Below, one piece after another: positions 9,988 to 20,000 of a DNA stretch of 20,000 nt. The translations under genes and the position numbers were made by a program. This DNA is from Atractiella rhizophila (lineage: Eukaryota). The notes under the pieces are model-generated. The model had not been told where the DNA came from. It did not search any database and worked only from the letters and a program-made list of their open reading frames with translations. The stretch is from assembly GCA_021432655.1 (NCBI GenBank), contig MU271405.1, positions 49,891 through 69,890 on the forward strand, read 5' to 3'. Positions within the stretch are counted from its first letter, which is position 1, and each line of letters begins with the position of its first letter.

Positions 9988-12747
9988 ACGTTTTCATTCT
10001 GTTTGCGTCTTGTCTTTACCCTATTTCCTTTGGTAAAAGCAGACACCCAACCTTATGAGAATCCACCGTGTGTCGTCTCCTCGTGCGAACAACACCGAGT
10101 TTTGGTTGGAAGGTGTGAAGCACCAAGGCACTTCTCCATTCCTTGGAGACGAAAGCTTCCAGATTTTTCGCAACGTCAAAGACTATGTAGGCCGCTTTCT
10201 ACTCTTTCAAATGTGGTCGTTGAATGAAGGGAAAGGGGGCTGTGGGTGATGGTGTCGCGGACGATACAGATGCTTTCAATCGCGCCATAACGGACGGGAA
10301 TAGGTGTTTAGGAGGTACTTGCGATGGAGGAGTAACTGGTCGTCCCGTCCGTGAGTCTCCCCTTCCGTCTCTCCCTCCGTCTTACATTCAACAATCGCTG
10401 ATTGACACTGAACGATAAAGTGCTGTACGTCCCGGAAGGTACATACGTCGTCACCTCGAGCGTCCAAGTGACAATTTACACCCAAATCATCGGCAACCCC
10501 CTCTCCCTACCCACGATCAAAGCTTCCTCCAACTTCCGCGCATCCGTCGATTCTGGCGCCGTCCTGAATGGATACGATCCTGGAACCGGTTCAACAACGA
10601 ATTTCTTCATCGGCATTCGTAATATAATCATTGATACGACGGATGTGGATAGCGGCTTCGCACTACCGTTGCTGAACTGGGCGGTCTCGCAGGCGACCAA
10701 CTTGGTCAATGTTCATTTTGAAATGCCCAAGGGGAGTAAGCATTTAGGGATTATCATGGATGGAGGAGACGGTGGGTTTCTCGTCCTCTCGATCGGTTTA
10801 CAGACCTTGATTGCTGTTGCATGAGGAAGGTGGAGGAGGAAGTGGGACCTTCTCAGGAGATCTTTCCTTCAACGGAGGAGCGGTTGGGATACAGCTGAAC
10901 AATCAGCAATACTCCTTCAAGAATCTCGAATTCACCGACGTCGACACAGCGATTCAGGTCCTCCACCTCTTCGTAGGCGTCTTCCAAGGCCTCTCGTTCA
11001 CCAACGTCAACATCGGAGTGGACCTCACGACGATGGACGACACCGGTTCAGTTTCCCTCATCGATTCGAGAGCCCAAAACACCTCCATCGTTCTCAAGAC
11101 GGACAATCAGCGATCAGTTCTCCTTGAGAATATACACAATGAAGACTCAGCTACAACAGTCTTGTTGAATGGTAATGCTGCCGTCAAAGGGTCGGTCGCG
11201 GGAACTTGGGCACTCGGAAACGTATACACAGACAATTCTGGCATCCCCAAGTTCACCTCCGGAGCGACACCTACTACCGATCGTGGCACTCTGACGGCGA
11301 AAGATGGGAAGTATGTCACGAAGGCTCTACCTCAGTATGAACAGTACAGCGCAGAAGCGTTTGCCAGCGTGAAGGATGCAGGCGCCGTGGGAGATGGAAA
11401 GACAGATGATACCAAGGCGATTCAGCAAGCCTTGATGGAGAATGCTGGGTGCCGCCTCACTTACTTCCCCCACGGTGTTTATCTCGTCACAGACACAATA
11501 TATGTTCCTCCTGGTATGATTTCTCTCACATTTGAACAGTTTGCACCAACGGGTCATAAACAGACTCGAGAATCGTAGGAGAGGTCTGGTCCATCGTCGC
11601 GGCTTCTGGGAAAGCCTTTTCCGACGAAAACAACCCAAAAGCCATGGTTCGTCATTTGCTCTTCGTCTTCCTGCTTATTGAAAGAGGTCAAGCTTCGAGT
11701 TGGTGAACCCGGTGAAGTTGGGGTAGCTGAATTCGTCGACATGATTTTCACGGTCGCAGACGCTCTGCCTGGTGCTATCGTCGTTGAAGTGAACATGGCT
11801 GGGGAGATTAAAGGCGATGTGTCTTTTCACAACACTCACATTCGGATTGGAGGTACGGGTCTCGGGTTCTCGAATCAATCCAGCGAACGCTAAGGATAAT
11901 GAACGAACAGGCTCACAAGACAGCAAGACAGAGACAGAATGTCAGGAAGACGGTTCCCCTTGCAAGGCAGCCTTCTTGATGATGCATCTCAAGGAGACGT
12001 CTCAAACATATATGGAAAATATGTGGTTATGGAGCGGTAAGCAGGTGCCTAATGAACGATAGCAATACCCTGACATGGGTCCGATAGCGGATCACGACCT
12101 AGACGCCGATTTTAACCAAGTGATAGGAACCGGTCGAGGCTACCTAACGGAATCGACTAAAGGGTCCTGGTTTGTCGGTACAGGCTCAGAACACCACATC
12201 CTATATGCATATCAATTTCTCAACGCTGCGAATGTCTACGTAGGCATGGCACAAATAGAAACACCATATTTCCAACCAGCTCCACCTGCTCCCACTCCTT
12301 GGAAACCGAATGCTGACTGGAACGATCCGACATTCGACAATTGCCCGGATGGGGACGACAAGTGCCGAATGCAGTGGGCGATTAGGATCGTTGGTGGTAG
12401 TCACCAGAATATCTACGGTGCAGGGTCCTGGGCCTTTTTCAATAATTTTGGTGGATGTGATGGGGATTGTCAAAAAGTCCAGTCTCACCTCTTCGGAAAT
12501 GATACTGGTGACTGACTTCGACATAAAGGATATTTACTCGCTAGAGGGCGACGTCCACGCAACTGTTCTGTATAACATGAACACAAGGTTCGTCAGTTTT
12601 CTGCTCAAATGGACGAAGGATGAGTATATTATCTTCAGATCTGTCACGAACGTGGTGACTGTCAATGGGCAAGGAGTAGCAAAGGCTGCTGACAACTTGG
12701 GGTCTTGGGGAGCCAAGGTGACGGCATACTTAGGACTGTTGCCATAG
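9988..12747 (+). CDS. glycoside hydrolase family 55 exo-beta-1,3-glucanase (Lam55A-like, double beta-helix), multi-exon; 5' end disrupted as assembled
   Basis: Motifs FWLEGVKHQG, FRNVKDY|GAVGDGVADDTDAFNRAI, LYVPEGTYVV, NFFIGIRN, WAVSQAT, a second repeat SVKDAGAVGDGKTDDTKAIQ..YFPHGVYLVTDT, ENMWLWSADHDLD, GTGSEHHILYAY and QIETPYFQP (conserved Glu motifs). Introns splice in frame to TAG at 12745-12747. First in-frame ATG is at 10055; a signal-like segment from 9988 is in another frame. Confidence 0.95.
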
Positions 12748-12935
12748 TACTTCAAGTATTCAACCAGCTTCAATGGATTTATTTCGATACTCTTGTGATT
12801 ACATCCCTGCTCACGTTGCGTTTCTCTTTATGTAAGCCACCACGGACTTATAGCCTATGCTGGAAACAACCACCAAGTTGACCAGTGAAAGGACATCCGA
12901 CGTCTACAGTTTGCAGGTCAAAAGTACAAAGCGCC

Positions 12936-13407
12936 ATGGGAACTCGAGGACTCTTAGGCTTCATTTTCAAGAACGGCACCCGCAAAGCGTCCTACTAATT
13001 GCAGGAGCTCTCTGAAAGTGTCGACAAGGTGACTTGGTGAGTTTCTCTCCTTTTACTATTAGAATTGGATAGATCACCCATCCCAACTTGGTTGGGACAT
13101 GCTCAATCCTCCAACCGACTCGGCCAGTCCAAGAACGATATTGGCCAGCTTTTGGCGACCCCAAAGTGAGCTTGAGCTCCGAAGCCGAATTATTCTCCCT
13201 CATCTGCTCTCTGCGTCTTGGGCACAGGCCTGACGATACCAACTTCCTCGACAACGATGTGTTTTGCAAATGGGTGTCGATTTCATCGATCTCAATGATG
13301 GAGAATGAGTGCAGATAGATGTTTTCCTTGAAACGGTTGCCTTGAACAAAGCGAGGGAGAGCAAGAATATTGTTGAGGAACTTGAAGAGCTGGTTGATCA
13401 ATTGTGA
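12936..13407 (+). pseudogene. pseudogene paralog of the uncharacterised gene at 17492-18088
   Basis: Reads MGTRGLLGFIFKNGTRKASY then TAA (12996-12998). Relative to the intact copy it has a 72-nt deletion, the same intron donor (TG|GTGAGTTTCT), an acceptor changed from GGGACAG to GGGACAT, and a frameshift near FCKWV. The homologous PDDTNFLDNDVFCKW..FIDLN segment remains. Confidence 0.9.
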
Positions 13408-13520
13408 GCTCTATGATGTTGGAATAACGTTACTACATAGTATTATCTTTGCCCTGTGTTTCGCCGTGCTTTTAAGTGAACTTCCTACCCAGGACGCCTT
13501 GCTCGAACAGGAACCACACT

Positions 13521-14801
13521 TTAAAGCGTAATGAGTTCTGGTAACTTCGACCCTTGTGGAGCATCCACCGCCCATGCGAGGCAATAGTGCTCAAGGATCA
13601 ACTCTAGCTCTTCAATCTCATCGAGCATCTCAAGCTTCGCAATGCTGTAAGGCCCAAAGAAGTCCATGTTCGATGGAATGAAAGAGTCATGTCACAGTCT
13701 CTTCCAATTCTGAAGATAAATAAAGGACAAACCGTTCCAGTTCAGAACGTGGAACGTCCACGCGTCTTATAGTTTTCAAATCCTTCACTTCGACCTTTTT
13801 GAAACCGGCTTTTGAGAATTGTTCCTTCTCTTTTGCGGGTAGGACCCCAGGGATATGAATTTGGCGATTCTGACACTCTTTTAATGTGGGTAACAGCATG
13901 AAGAGTCAAAGAATGAACCTTGAGATTCTGCTTCATCACCCTCCCAAACTCATCGCCTTTATCTACCATCTCGTATGTCAGCCCTGCCACTCCCGCTTCC
14001 CGAAAGGTGTCGTGAAACCAACGAAGAATGGATAGAGAGGAGGATGGGGACATGTAGACAAACACGCATTCTGTTCAATGAACCGAATCATTTCTTTCAC
14101 AAAACGTCAATACGAAGAGACAAACCAGCGATGAACAGAGTTGGGACCAAAGGAGAAAGCAACAGTACGTTTCCTGAGCCGGGAAATGGAGACAAAAGGT
14201 TAGTTGTGAGGGCATCGAAATCTTTCGACAAATCACACGGAAGGATACAATACTCCGTCGAATACAAAGTAGCTTCATTCTCTACATCCAACAGACATCT
14301 CTTCAGGCCATTTACTTCACTGAGAGTCTGGGGGCACTCACGGACGAGCACATCCTCCTCGCTCCCCACGGCCTCCATCAATTGCTTCTCCCTCACGATT
14401 CTGGCAATCTTCTCCTTCGTTGAACTCTCAAAATCGACCTCAACCCACCTCTTCACCCTCCCCACACTCATCCTCCAAAATCTCGTATCACTCCCCGCAC
14501 CTAGATTCACAACCTGCGCTCCTTCCTCACCCGCATGGTCAAGGAAAGCCTGGACGATCCTATCAACGGCCCACGTTCGTACAAACGTCCCCTGGTTGAT
14601 CAATGGCGGCCGCCGTTGAGATTGTGGCGGAGGGAGTGGAGTAGTGAGGAAGAGAGATGTGTACGGATCCTGCAGGTACCCGAGGGAGATAGCAGAGTGT
14701 CGAGAGAGGAGAGCATCTGTGTCGGTCGTTTGGAGGATGCGGGCGGTAGATTGGAGAGTTCGCTTGGTTGGGATAAGTGGTGGGAGCGGTGGAGGGTCCA
14801 T
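13521..14801 (-). CDS. PPM1: leucine carboxyl methyltransferase 1 (PP2A methyltransferase), 4 exons
   Basis: Motifs LQTTDTDALLSRHSAISLGYLQDPY, RRPPLINQGTFVRT, QVVNLGAGSDTRFWR, EVDF, PCDL, PTLFIA|ECVFVYM, YEM..DEFGRVMKQNL and LEMLDEIEELELILEHYC. ATG at 14801, stop TAA at 13521-13523. Confidence 0.95.
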
Positions 14802-15443
14802 TGTTTCTGTCGTTGATCTGTGCGCATCTGTCAGCCTAATCACTCAGTCTGAGAATAAGTGTGGGGTGAATGGCACTATGCCGACGAGTAATGCAGACCT
14901 CGCTGACATTCCCTGCCATGCTCACGTCATACGGTTAGATAACGATGCAACGCACAGGATGCGCGATAGAAATAATTATTCTCAAGAATAGCTGAAGCGC
15001 CAGATATATGTGCGGATCATGGTGGAGGCCTGCACAAGTAGGCAAGAAAGAGTCGTCGGCTTTAAGATTCCAGCTTGAACTTCCAGATTTGCATCAGCGC
15101 CAGTGAATGTATAAGACGGTCGCAAAACCGTTTTATCAATGGTCCGTAGATAATATAGAATAAATCAGGAGCATGAGTTCATTGAGAGCTCTCAGATCTG
15201 TTTGCAAGATATAACTCTCACCGTATATTACACGTGATACTCCTACTATCTCCTCAATTGATAACTGTTTTATGGTTGATTATATTCACTTGGCACCTTA
15301 TCCTTAAATATGTTGCTGGTGGGAGGGTGAGGGTGATGCTGATGATGACACAACAACTTTAGGTTCCGACCCATCTTGAACAAAGGTCAGATAAACTTTA
15401 CAACTTTACATCAACACGAACATTGACGACGAATACCAAAACA

Positions 15444-16795
15444 ATGTCACGAGCCATTCGTAGCACGCGTCCTCTCGTCCTCTCCCTGCGAACTCAACCG
15501 CTCCTGCGCTCCACGCCAGCCCTCCGCGTTCGCTCCTTTCATCACTCCCCCGCACGGCTTTCCGTCCCTCCAGCACCGTCGACCGTGCCAGGGATCAGGG
15601 AGTACGCCAACATCCTCTTCTCAACCGTGGGAAATGGGAACAACGTAGCCTTGATTACCCTCAACCGTCCAAAAGCTTACAATGCGCTTTCCGCCGGCCT
15701 ATTCGTCGACCTAAACCGTATGCCTTTTCAACTGACCTACTGAGCTCACTGACGAGGTCATTCCGTGGAAAACAGACGCATTGGACGCTTGTGCAAGCCC
15801 TGAGTCGGGTATCAGGGCTGTAGTCATCACTGGTGGCCATCCTAAGGCTTTCGCAGCCGGTGCAGACATCAAAGAGATGGCATCGAAGAGTTTTGCAGAC
15901 GTTTACACGCGCGAATTCTTAGGATCCTGGCAGCGCATCTCCAGTATCGATATTCCCATCGTGGGAGCCATTAATGGACTCGCTGTCCGTTTCTTTCAAT
16001 TTAGTTTCCATGGAGCATCAACTGACGGCTTTCCGTTTCACTGTTTATGCAGCTGGGAGGAGGCTGCGAACTAGCGATGATGTTCGTCCTCCCCTCCTTT
16101 CTTCCCCCTCTCAAATCAAAGGGACGAATGCAAATCTGAATGAATGTGAAGGTGCGACATCCTCCTCGCATCTCCCAACGCCTCATTCGGCCAACCAGAA
16201 ATCAACGTTCGTTGCCCCTCCCTTCCTTTCAGCCTCTTCCCAACCGCTAACATGTAACCAAACAGCTTGGAGTCATCCCAGGTTCCGGCGGCACGCAACG
16301 CTTGACAGCTGCAATCGGTAAATCGCGCGCCATGGAGCTCATCCTCACCGGTCCGTCCTCTCCTACCTCGTCCGACACAGCTCTAACGAACCGCTCGCAG
16401 GCAAATCCATCACCGCGACCGAGGCAGCAAGCTACGGTCTGGTGTCGCGGGTTTCGGAAGACGTGGTGACGGACGCGGTAGCAGTAGCGGAGGAGATAGC
16501 GAGCAAGAGCAAGCTGGCGATCAAGGCGGCGAAGGAAGCTGTCAACGCCGCTGCTGAGGTGCCGTTGGAGGCGGGAGTCAAATTGGAGAGGAGGCTGTTC
16601 CATTCTCTTTTTGCGACCGTACGTCCTCTTCTCTTACCCTCTTACCCTCGCTCCTTCTGGAGCTTGCGCCGTTATTGTCCTCGTTCGATAGCTCATGCTT
16701 TGGTTGCTTTGGTGTTGGGCGTGATCACAGGAGGATCAGAAGGAGGGAATGCAGGCTTTCGTGCAGAGAGGAAGGCAGAATGGAGGGATCGCTGA
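15444..16795 (+). CDS. ECHS1: mitochondrial short-chain enoyl-CoA hydratase (crotonase), 7 exons; apparent 1-nt deletion in the last exon
   Basis: Arg/Ser-rich presequence [16 protein letters not shown]. Motifs [79 protein letters not shown] and [21 protein letters not shown]. Both catalytic Glu are present. Confidence 0.95.
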
Positions 16796-17393
16796 GAATG
16801 GAACTTCGGTGAATGTACGAGTGAACCCTGACTAGTGAGGAGTCGAGTGCAATTGATATCTGTTTGCCAGTGCGCTCCTTCAGTTCTTCCTGCGACTTCC
16901 TGCGAGGCTTCAGATATAAGGCCGGACTGCGATTTACACCATTGATACTACTGTCCATCTCACAAACTGGATGGTGCTGCTGAGAATCAAAACTTTTAAT
17001 TTCGAGAATTTGAACCAGTGAAGAGAAGATAGAGAGGAAATCTAAATTTCTGCAGAATCAACGCGATTCGAGCTTGATATTCAACATCTTACGGGCTTTT
17101 TTGCTTGGCTCATACACGCAAACAAGATTGAATCATAGGTTCTCTGAGAAGAGGCGAGTGCCAACGTCCACCGACGTCCACCTTTCATTAATCTCATTTC
17201 CACTGGGAACTGGTACAATGGGACCTGAGTGACATGTCAAAGAACCTCTAGCTCTGATTTTAGGAGCAATTAGGAGGCTCCGGCCCGCCAGCAGCCTTCA
17301 CATCATCAACGAGTGCTGTCAGTAACGTAAAGTTTCTATAACGTAAAACCTTTCCTTGACCTCTTTTTTCTGTGGGACCGCATACTTCCTCCT

Positions 17394-17399
17394 TATAAA
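17394..17399 (+). promoter_or_regulatory. putative TATA box of the MGTRG-family gene
   Basis: TATAAA about 95 nt upstream of the ATG at 17492, preceded by a pyrimidine-rich tract. Confidence 0.35.
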
Positions 17400-17491
17400 G
17401 GCGTTGATCCTCTCGTTGGCGTGGCCCAAACTTGAAAAGCCAACAAGAAATAGATTGTTCATAAAATCAAGAAAGTAAAGTATAAAGCACC

Positions 17492-18088
17492 ATGGGAACT
17501 CGAGGACTTCTAGGCTTCATTCTTAAGAACGGCACCCGCAAAGGATCCTACAACCACTTCGACTCCTACCCCGACGGCTTGGGGAACGATATCCTTCAGT
17601 TTCTCCTCAATCTCACGCCGGAACAATTGAAGGCGCTCTCTGAAAACGTGGAGAAGGTGATATGGTGAGTTTCTGTCCCTGTGTCTCTCCTTCTCTCTAC
17701 AGTAGTAAGTAGTAGATCCTGACTTGGTTGGGACAGGTTCGATACCCGATCCAAGCCTTCCGAAGAAGTTCAAAAGCGATATTACGAAGCAGGATTCGCC
17801 AACCTCGAAGTCAACGTTCGCTCCACGGCAGACTGGTACTGTCTTCTCAACGGGACCCAAGGCGCGAAGGCACTTCCCCATCTGCTTTCTGGCACTCTTG
17901 GACACATGCCTGACGATACCGCCTTTCTCAAGAACGGTCTCTTTTGCGAATGGGCGTATTTCATCGATCTCAATAAAGAGGCTGGAGTGGAGATAAATGT
18001 TTATGCGCGAGGTGATAATCTCGTCAAGACGGTGACTTTGGACGACGCTAGGAAGAACAAGGGTGTCATGGAGCAGCTGGACGCATGA
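17492..18088 (+). CDS. uncharacterised 174-aa protein (MGTRG / YNHFDSYPDGLG / FCEWAYFIDL family), 2 exons
   Basis: Exon 17492-17664, intron 17665-17736 (GTGAGT..CTGAC..CAG), exon 17737-18088. Product: MGTRGLLGFILKNGTRKGSYNHFDSYPDGLGNDILQFLLNLTPEQLKALSENVEKVIWFDTRSKPSEEVQKRYYEAGFANLEVNVRSTADWYCLLNGTQGAKALPHLLSGTLGHMPDDTAFLKNGLFCEWAYFIDLNKEAGVEINVYARGDNLVKTVTLDDARKNKGVMEQLDA*. The ORF track does not show it as a whole. Confidence 0.88.
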
Positions 18089-18386
18089 ACTCCCCCGGCG
18101 CTCAAAAACCTTCAGGTGAAAAATTGTACAGTCAACTTCATGAGAATAGCAGTTAAGAATTTATTAGCCTTTTCGTTGTTAGTGCATAGTACTCAGTTAC
18201 CGTGCCAGCGTTCTGCGGTCCTTTTAAGTTCATCTGGGCCTTTCATTTCAAGTTTCGAGCCACTTCTTCTTCAGCCATCCCTAGGCTGTCTTCTTACTTC
18301 TGGAGCCCTGCCCCCTTTTATTATTTTATCAGCGTACTCGACACCGTAAGTTTCCAAAGCCTCTTGGTGCACTTTTTCGCAAGCGC

Positions 18387-18526
18387 AAGATAGAGATTTA
18401 TGACCGAGGGACGACCTCATTATGACCACCTTGGACGAAGCTAAGCAGAAAAAGAATATGATGCAGGAGCTTGAAGAGGTCTACCAGAATGAAAGTCGAT
18501 ACGATTACTCCTATATCCTCTCCTAG
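18387..18526 (+). pseudogene. 3' remnant of a third MGTRG-family copy
   Basis: KIEIYDRG/(frameshift)DDLIMTTLDEAKQKKNMMQELEEV aligns to EINVYARGDNLVKTVTLDDARKNKGVMEQLDA of the intact copy and to ALNKARESKNIVEELEEL of the pseudogene. Confidence 0.7.
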
Positions 18527-19080
18527 AATTGTCCTTCGAACTCGGGGTGTCTATAATGATAAATTGAGAGAGTTATATTTCTCAATCTTCGACAACTTGA
18601 CCCTGCTAGCGTCAAAAGTGGCAATGAAGACTTTCCCCAACGCCCTGAGAGCCCTGCCATAAGCCACCTGCTTCGAGGAGGAACCTGGTAATTCCCCATG
18701 ATGTTCTCGCTACCGTCCGTTGCTGTTTCTAACGTTGTACTCGCCTCACTTCCCTTCAGGATCCTGTGACTCTGATTGTCTCGTTTGATGTGCTCATGCT
18801 TTGTTTCCGGTGGGCAATAGGCAGGAAGATCATAAAAGGGACTACGGGCTGAAAGAGGACGGTGCAGTGCAGCGGAAGGATCGCGGAGAACGGCACTTGG
18901 GTCATTGCATGGATGGAGATGACATGATGACTGATACGGTCAGCTTGAATGAAATAATCATGTCCTCTTGCTCTCTAATTAAACTCATCTGTCACAATCC
19001 GTCAACATATGAAGCCACACATTACTTCAATACTCAGCATGCATCACAACTTGTCACACAAACTACAAGCAAAATTTTCA

Positions 19081-20000
19081 TCAATATCCGAAGCCATTCT
19101 GCTGCCTCGCTTGAGGCATGTAACCTGCCGCAAAGTTGCTGAAGTCTGTCGTCGAAGTTGAATTATTCAAGAAGGGATTATTGCTTTTACTTTGGGTCGA
19201 GAGGAAAGGGTTCGAAGGTGAAGGCGAGGGTTGATATGGATTCGATGACGAGAGAGTTGATTGGTAAGGATTTGAAGTTCCCGACTGATAGGAAGAGTTC
19301 GAATATGTCGGTTGAGGGGTATACGAATTGTACGAAGAGGTCGAATATGCGGACGAAGGGTATGAAGCGCCATTGAGCGTCCCTGACGAAGGCAGAGCGC
19401 CAGCCATGGCCCCAATGTTTGAGAACGCCGAAGAGTTCATGGGTGTTGAAGTTGCAGGCGATAGTGCAGAGTTCATTCCCGCCGTAAAGTTTGAGTTAGA
19501 ACCACTGCCGAAGGGAGAAGCAGTGTTCGTGTTGAACAGAGATGAAGCCGAAGTAGAAGCGAACGTTGGTGAAGCAAAGGTTGTGCTGACGGATGGTACG
19601 AACTGGTTCGGCGATGAGAAAGTGGAGGAAGGTGTGAGCTGATTCGAAGACAAGGACGAGAAGGAGGTGGAGGTGGAGGTAGAAGTGAAGTTGGCAGGCG
19701 AAGGGGAGGAGAATGAGGACGTGCCAAAGAGGGAAGAGGCCGAAGTAGAACTTGAAGGTACCGGCGAGAATGTTGATGTCATGTTAGGCGTTAGAAAATG
19801 GGTTCCCTCCCGCCATCGGGTTGGCGATGGGTGTAGAGGAAAGAGGTGGTAACCCTACGCTGCCAAAATTCGCCAAACCTCCGCCAACGTTCGACTGCCC
19901 GCCTCCAATCCCAGTCATGGAGTTCATAGACAATGACGCAGAAGCTGTGGTCGTTGTTGCTGGTGCTGGGAACGATGTTGAAGGACTTTGGACACTCATT
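19081..20000 (-). CDS. 3' part of a Ser/Thr/Asn-rich protein with NPF motifs (candidate endocytic adaptor or ArfGAP-type tail); continues beyond the window
   Basis: About 300 codons of low-complexity sequence with GNPF, SNPY (twice), SNPFL and NNPFL, ending QQNGFGY*. The two track ORFs join if one A of the run at 19795-19798 is removed. Confidence 0.7.

Noticed and set aside
9121..10227. 368-aa and 224-aa ORFs in the track
   Set aside because: Artefacts of translating through the N gap.
13975..14991. Plus-strand ORFs of 214, 93 and 115 aa
   Set aside because: Antisense shadows of PPM1.
17163..17348. Short direct repeats ACGTCCACC (twice) and TAACGTAAA (twice) upstream of the MGTRG gene
   Set aside because: They could be transcription-factor sites, but 9-mer pairs are too short to distinguish from chance.
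1..20000. CRISPR arrays, tRNA/rRNA genes, transposases, prokaryotic operons
   Set aside because: None seen. The sequence is spliceosomal-intron-containing fungal DNA without regular repeat-spacer arrays.

Overview
Gene-dense, intron-rich eukaryotic DNA, most likely from a basidiomycete fungus. Short GT-AG introns with GTYCGT/GTRAGT donors and the gene families present suggest Pucciniomycotina (inference). There is a 591-N assembly gap at 9366-9956. Manually spliced genes, left to right: complex I subunit NDUFB2-like (+), a small HMG-box protein (-), a DUF6534-type membrane protein (-), a secreted alpha-carbonic anhydrase (-), an Iec3/INO80-like coiled-coil protein (+), a Ser-rich orphan (-), a GH55 exo-beta-1,3-glucanase (+), leucine carboxyl methyltransferase PPM1 (-), mitochondrial enoyl-CoA hydratase (+), and the 3' end of an NPF-motif protein (-). 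The most notable element is an uncharacterised family (MGTRG...YNHFDSYPDGLG...FCEWAYFIDL) in three same-orientation copies: one intact, one pseudogene that has lost the core motif, and one 3' remnant. Several otherwise intact genes carry small lesions that are either assembly errors or real decay. All family assignments come from motif recognition; no database searches were run.
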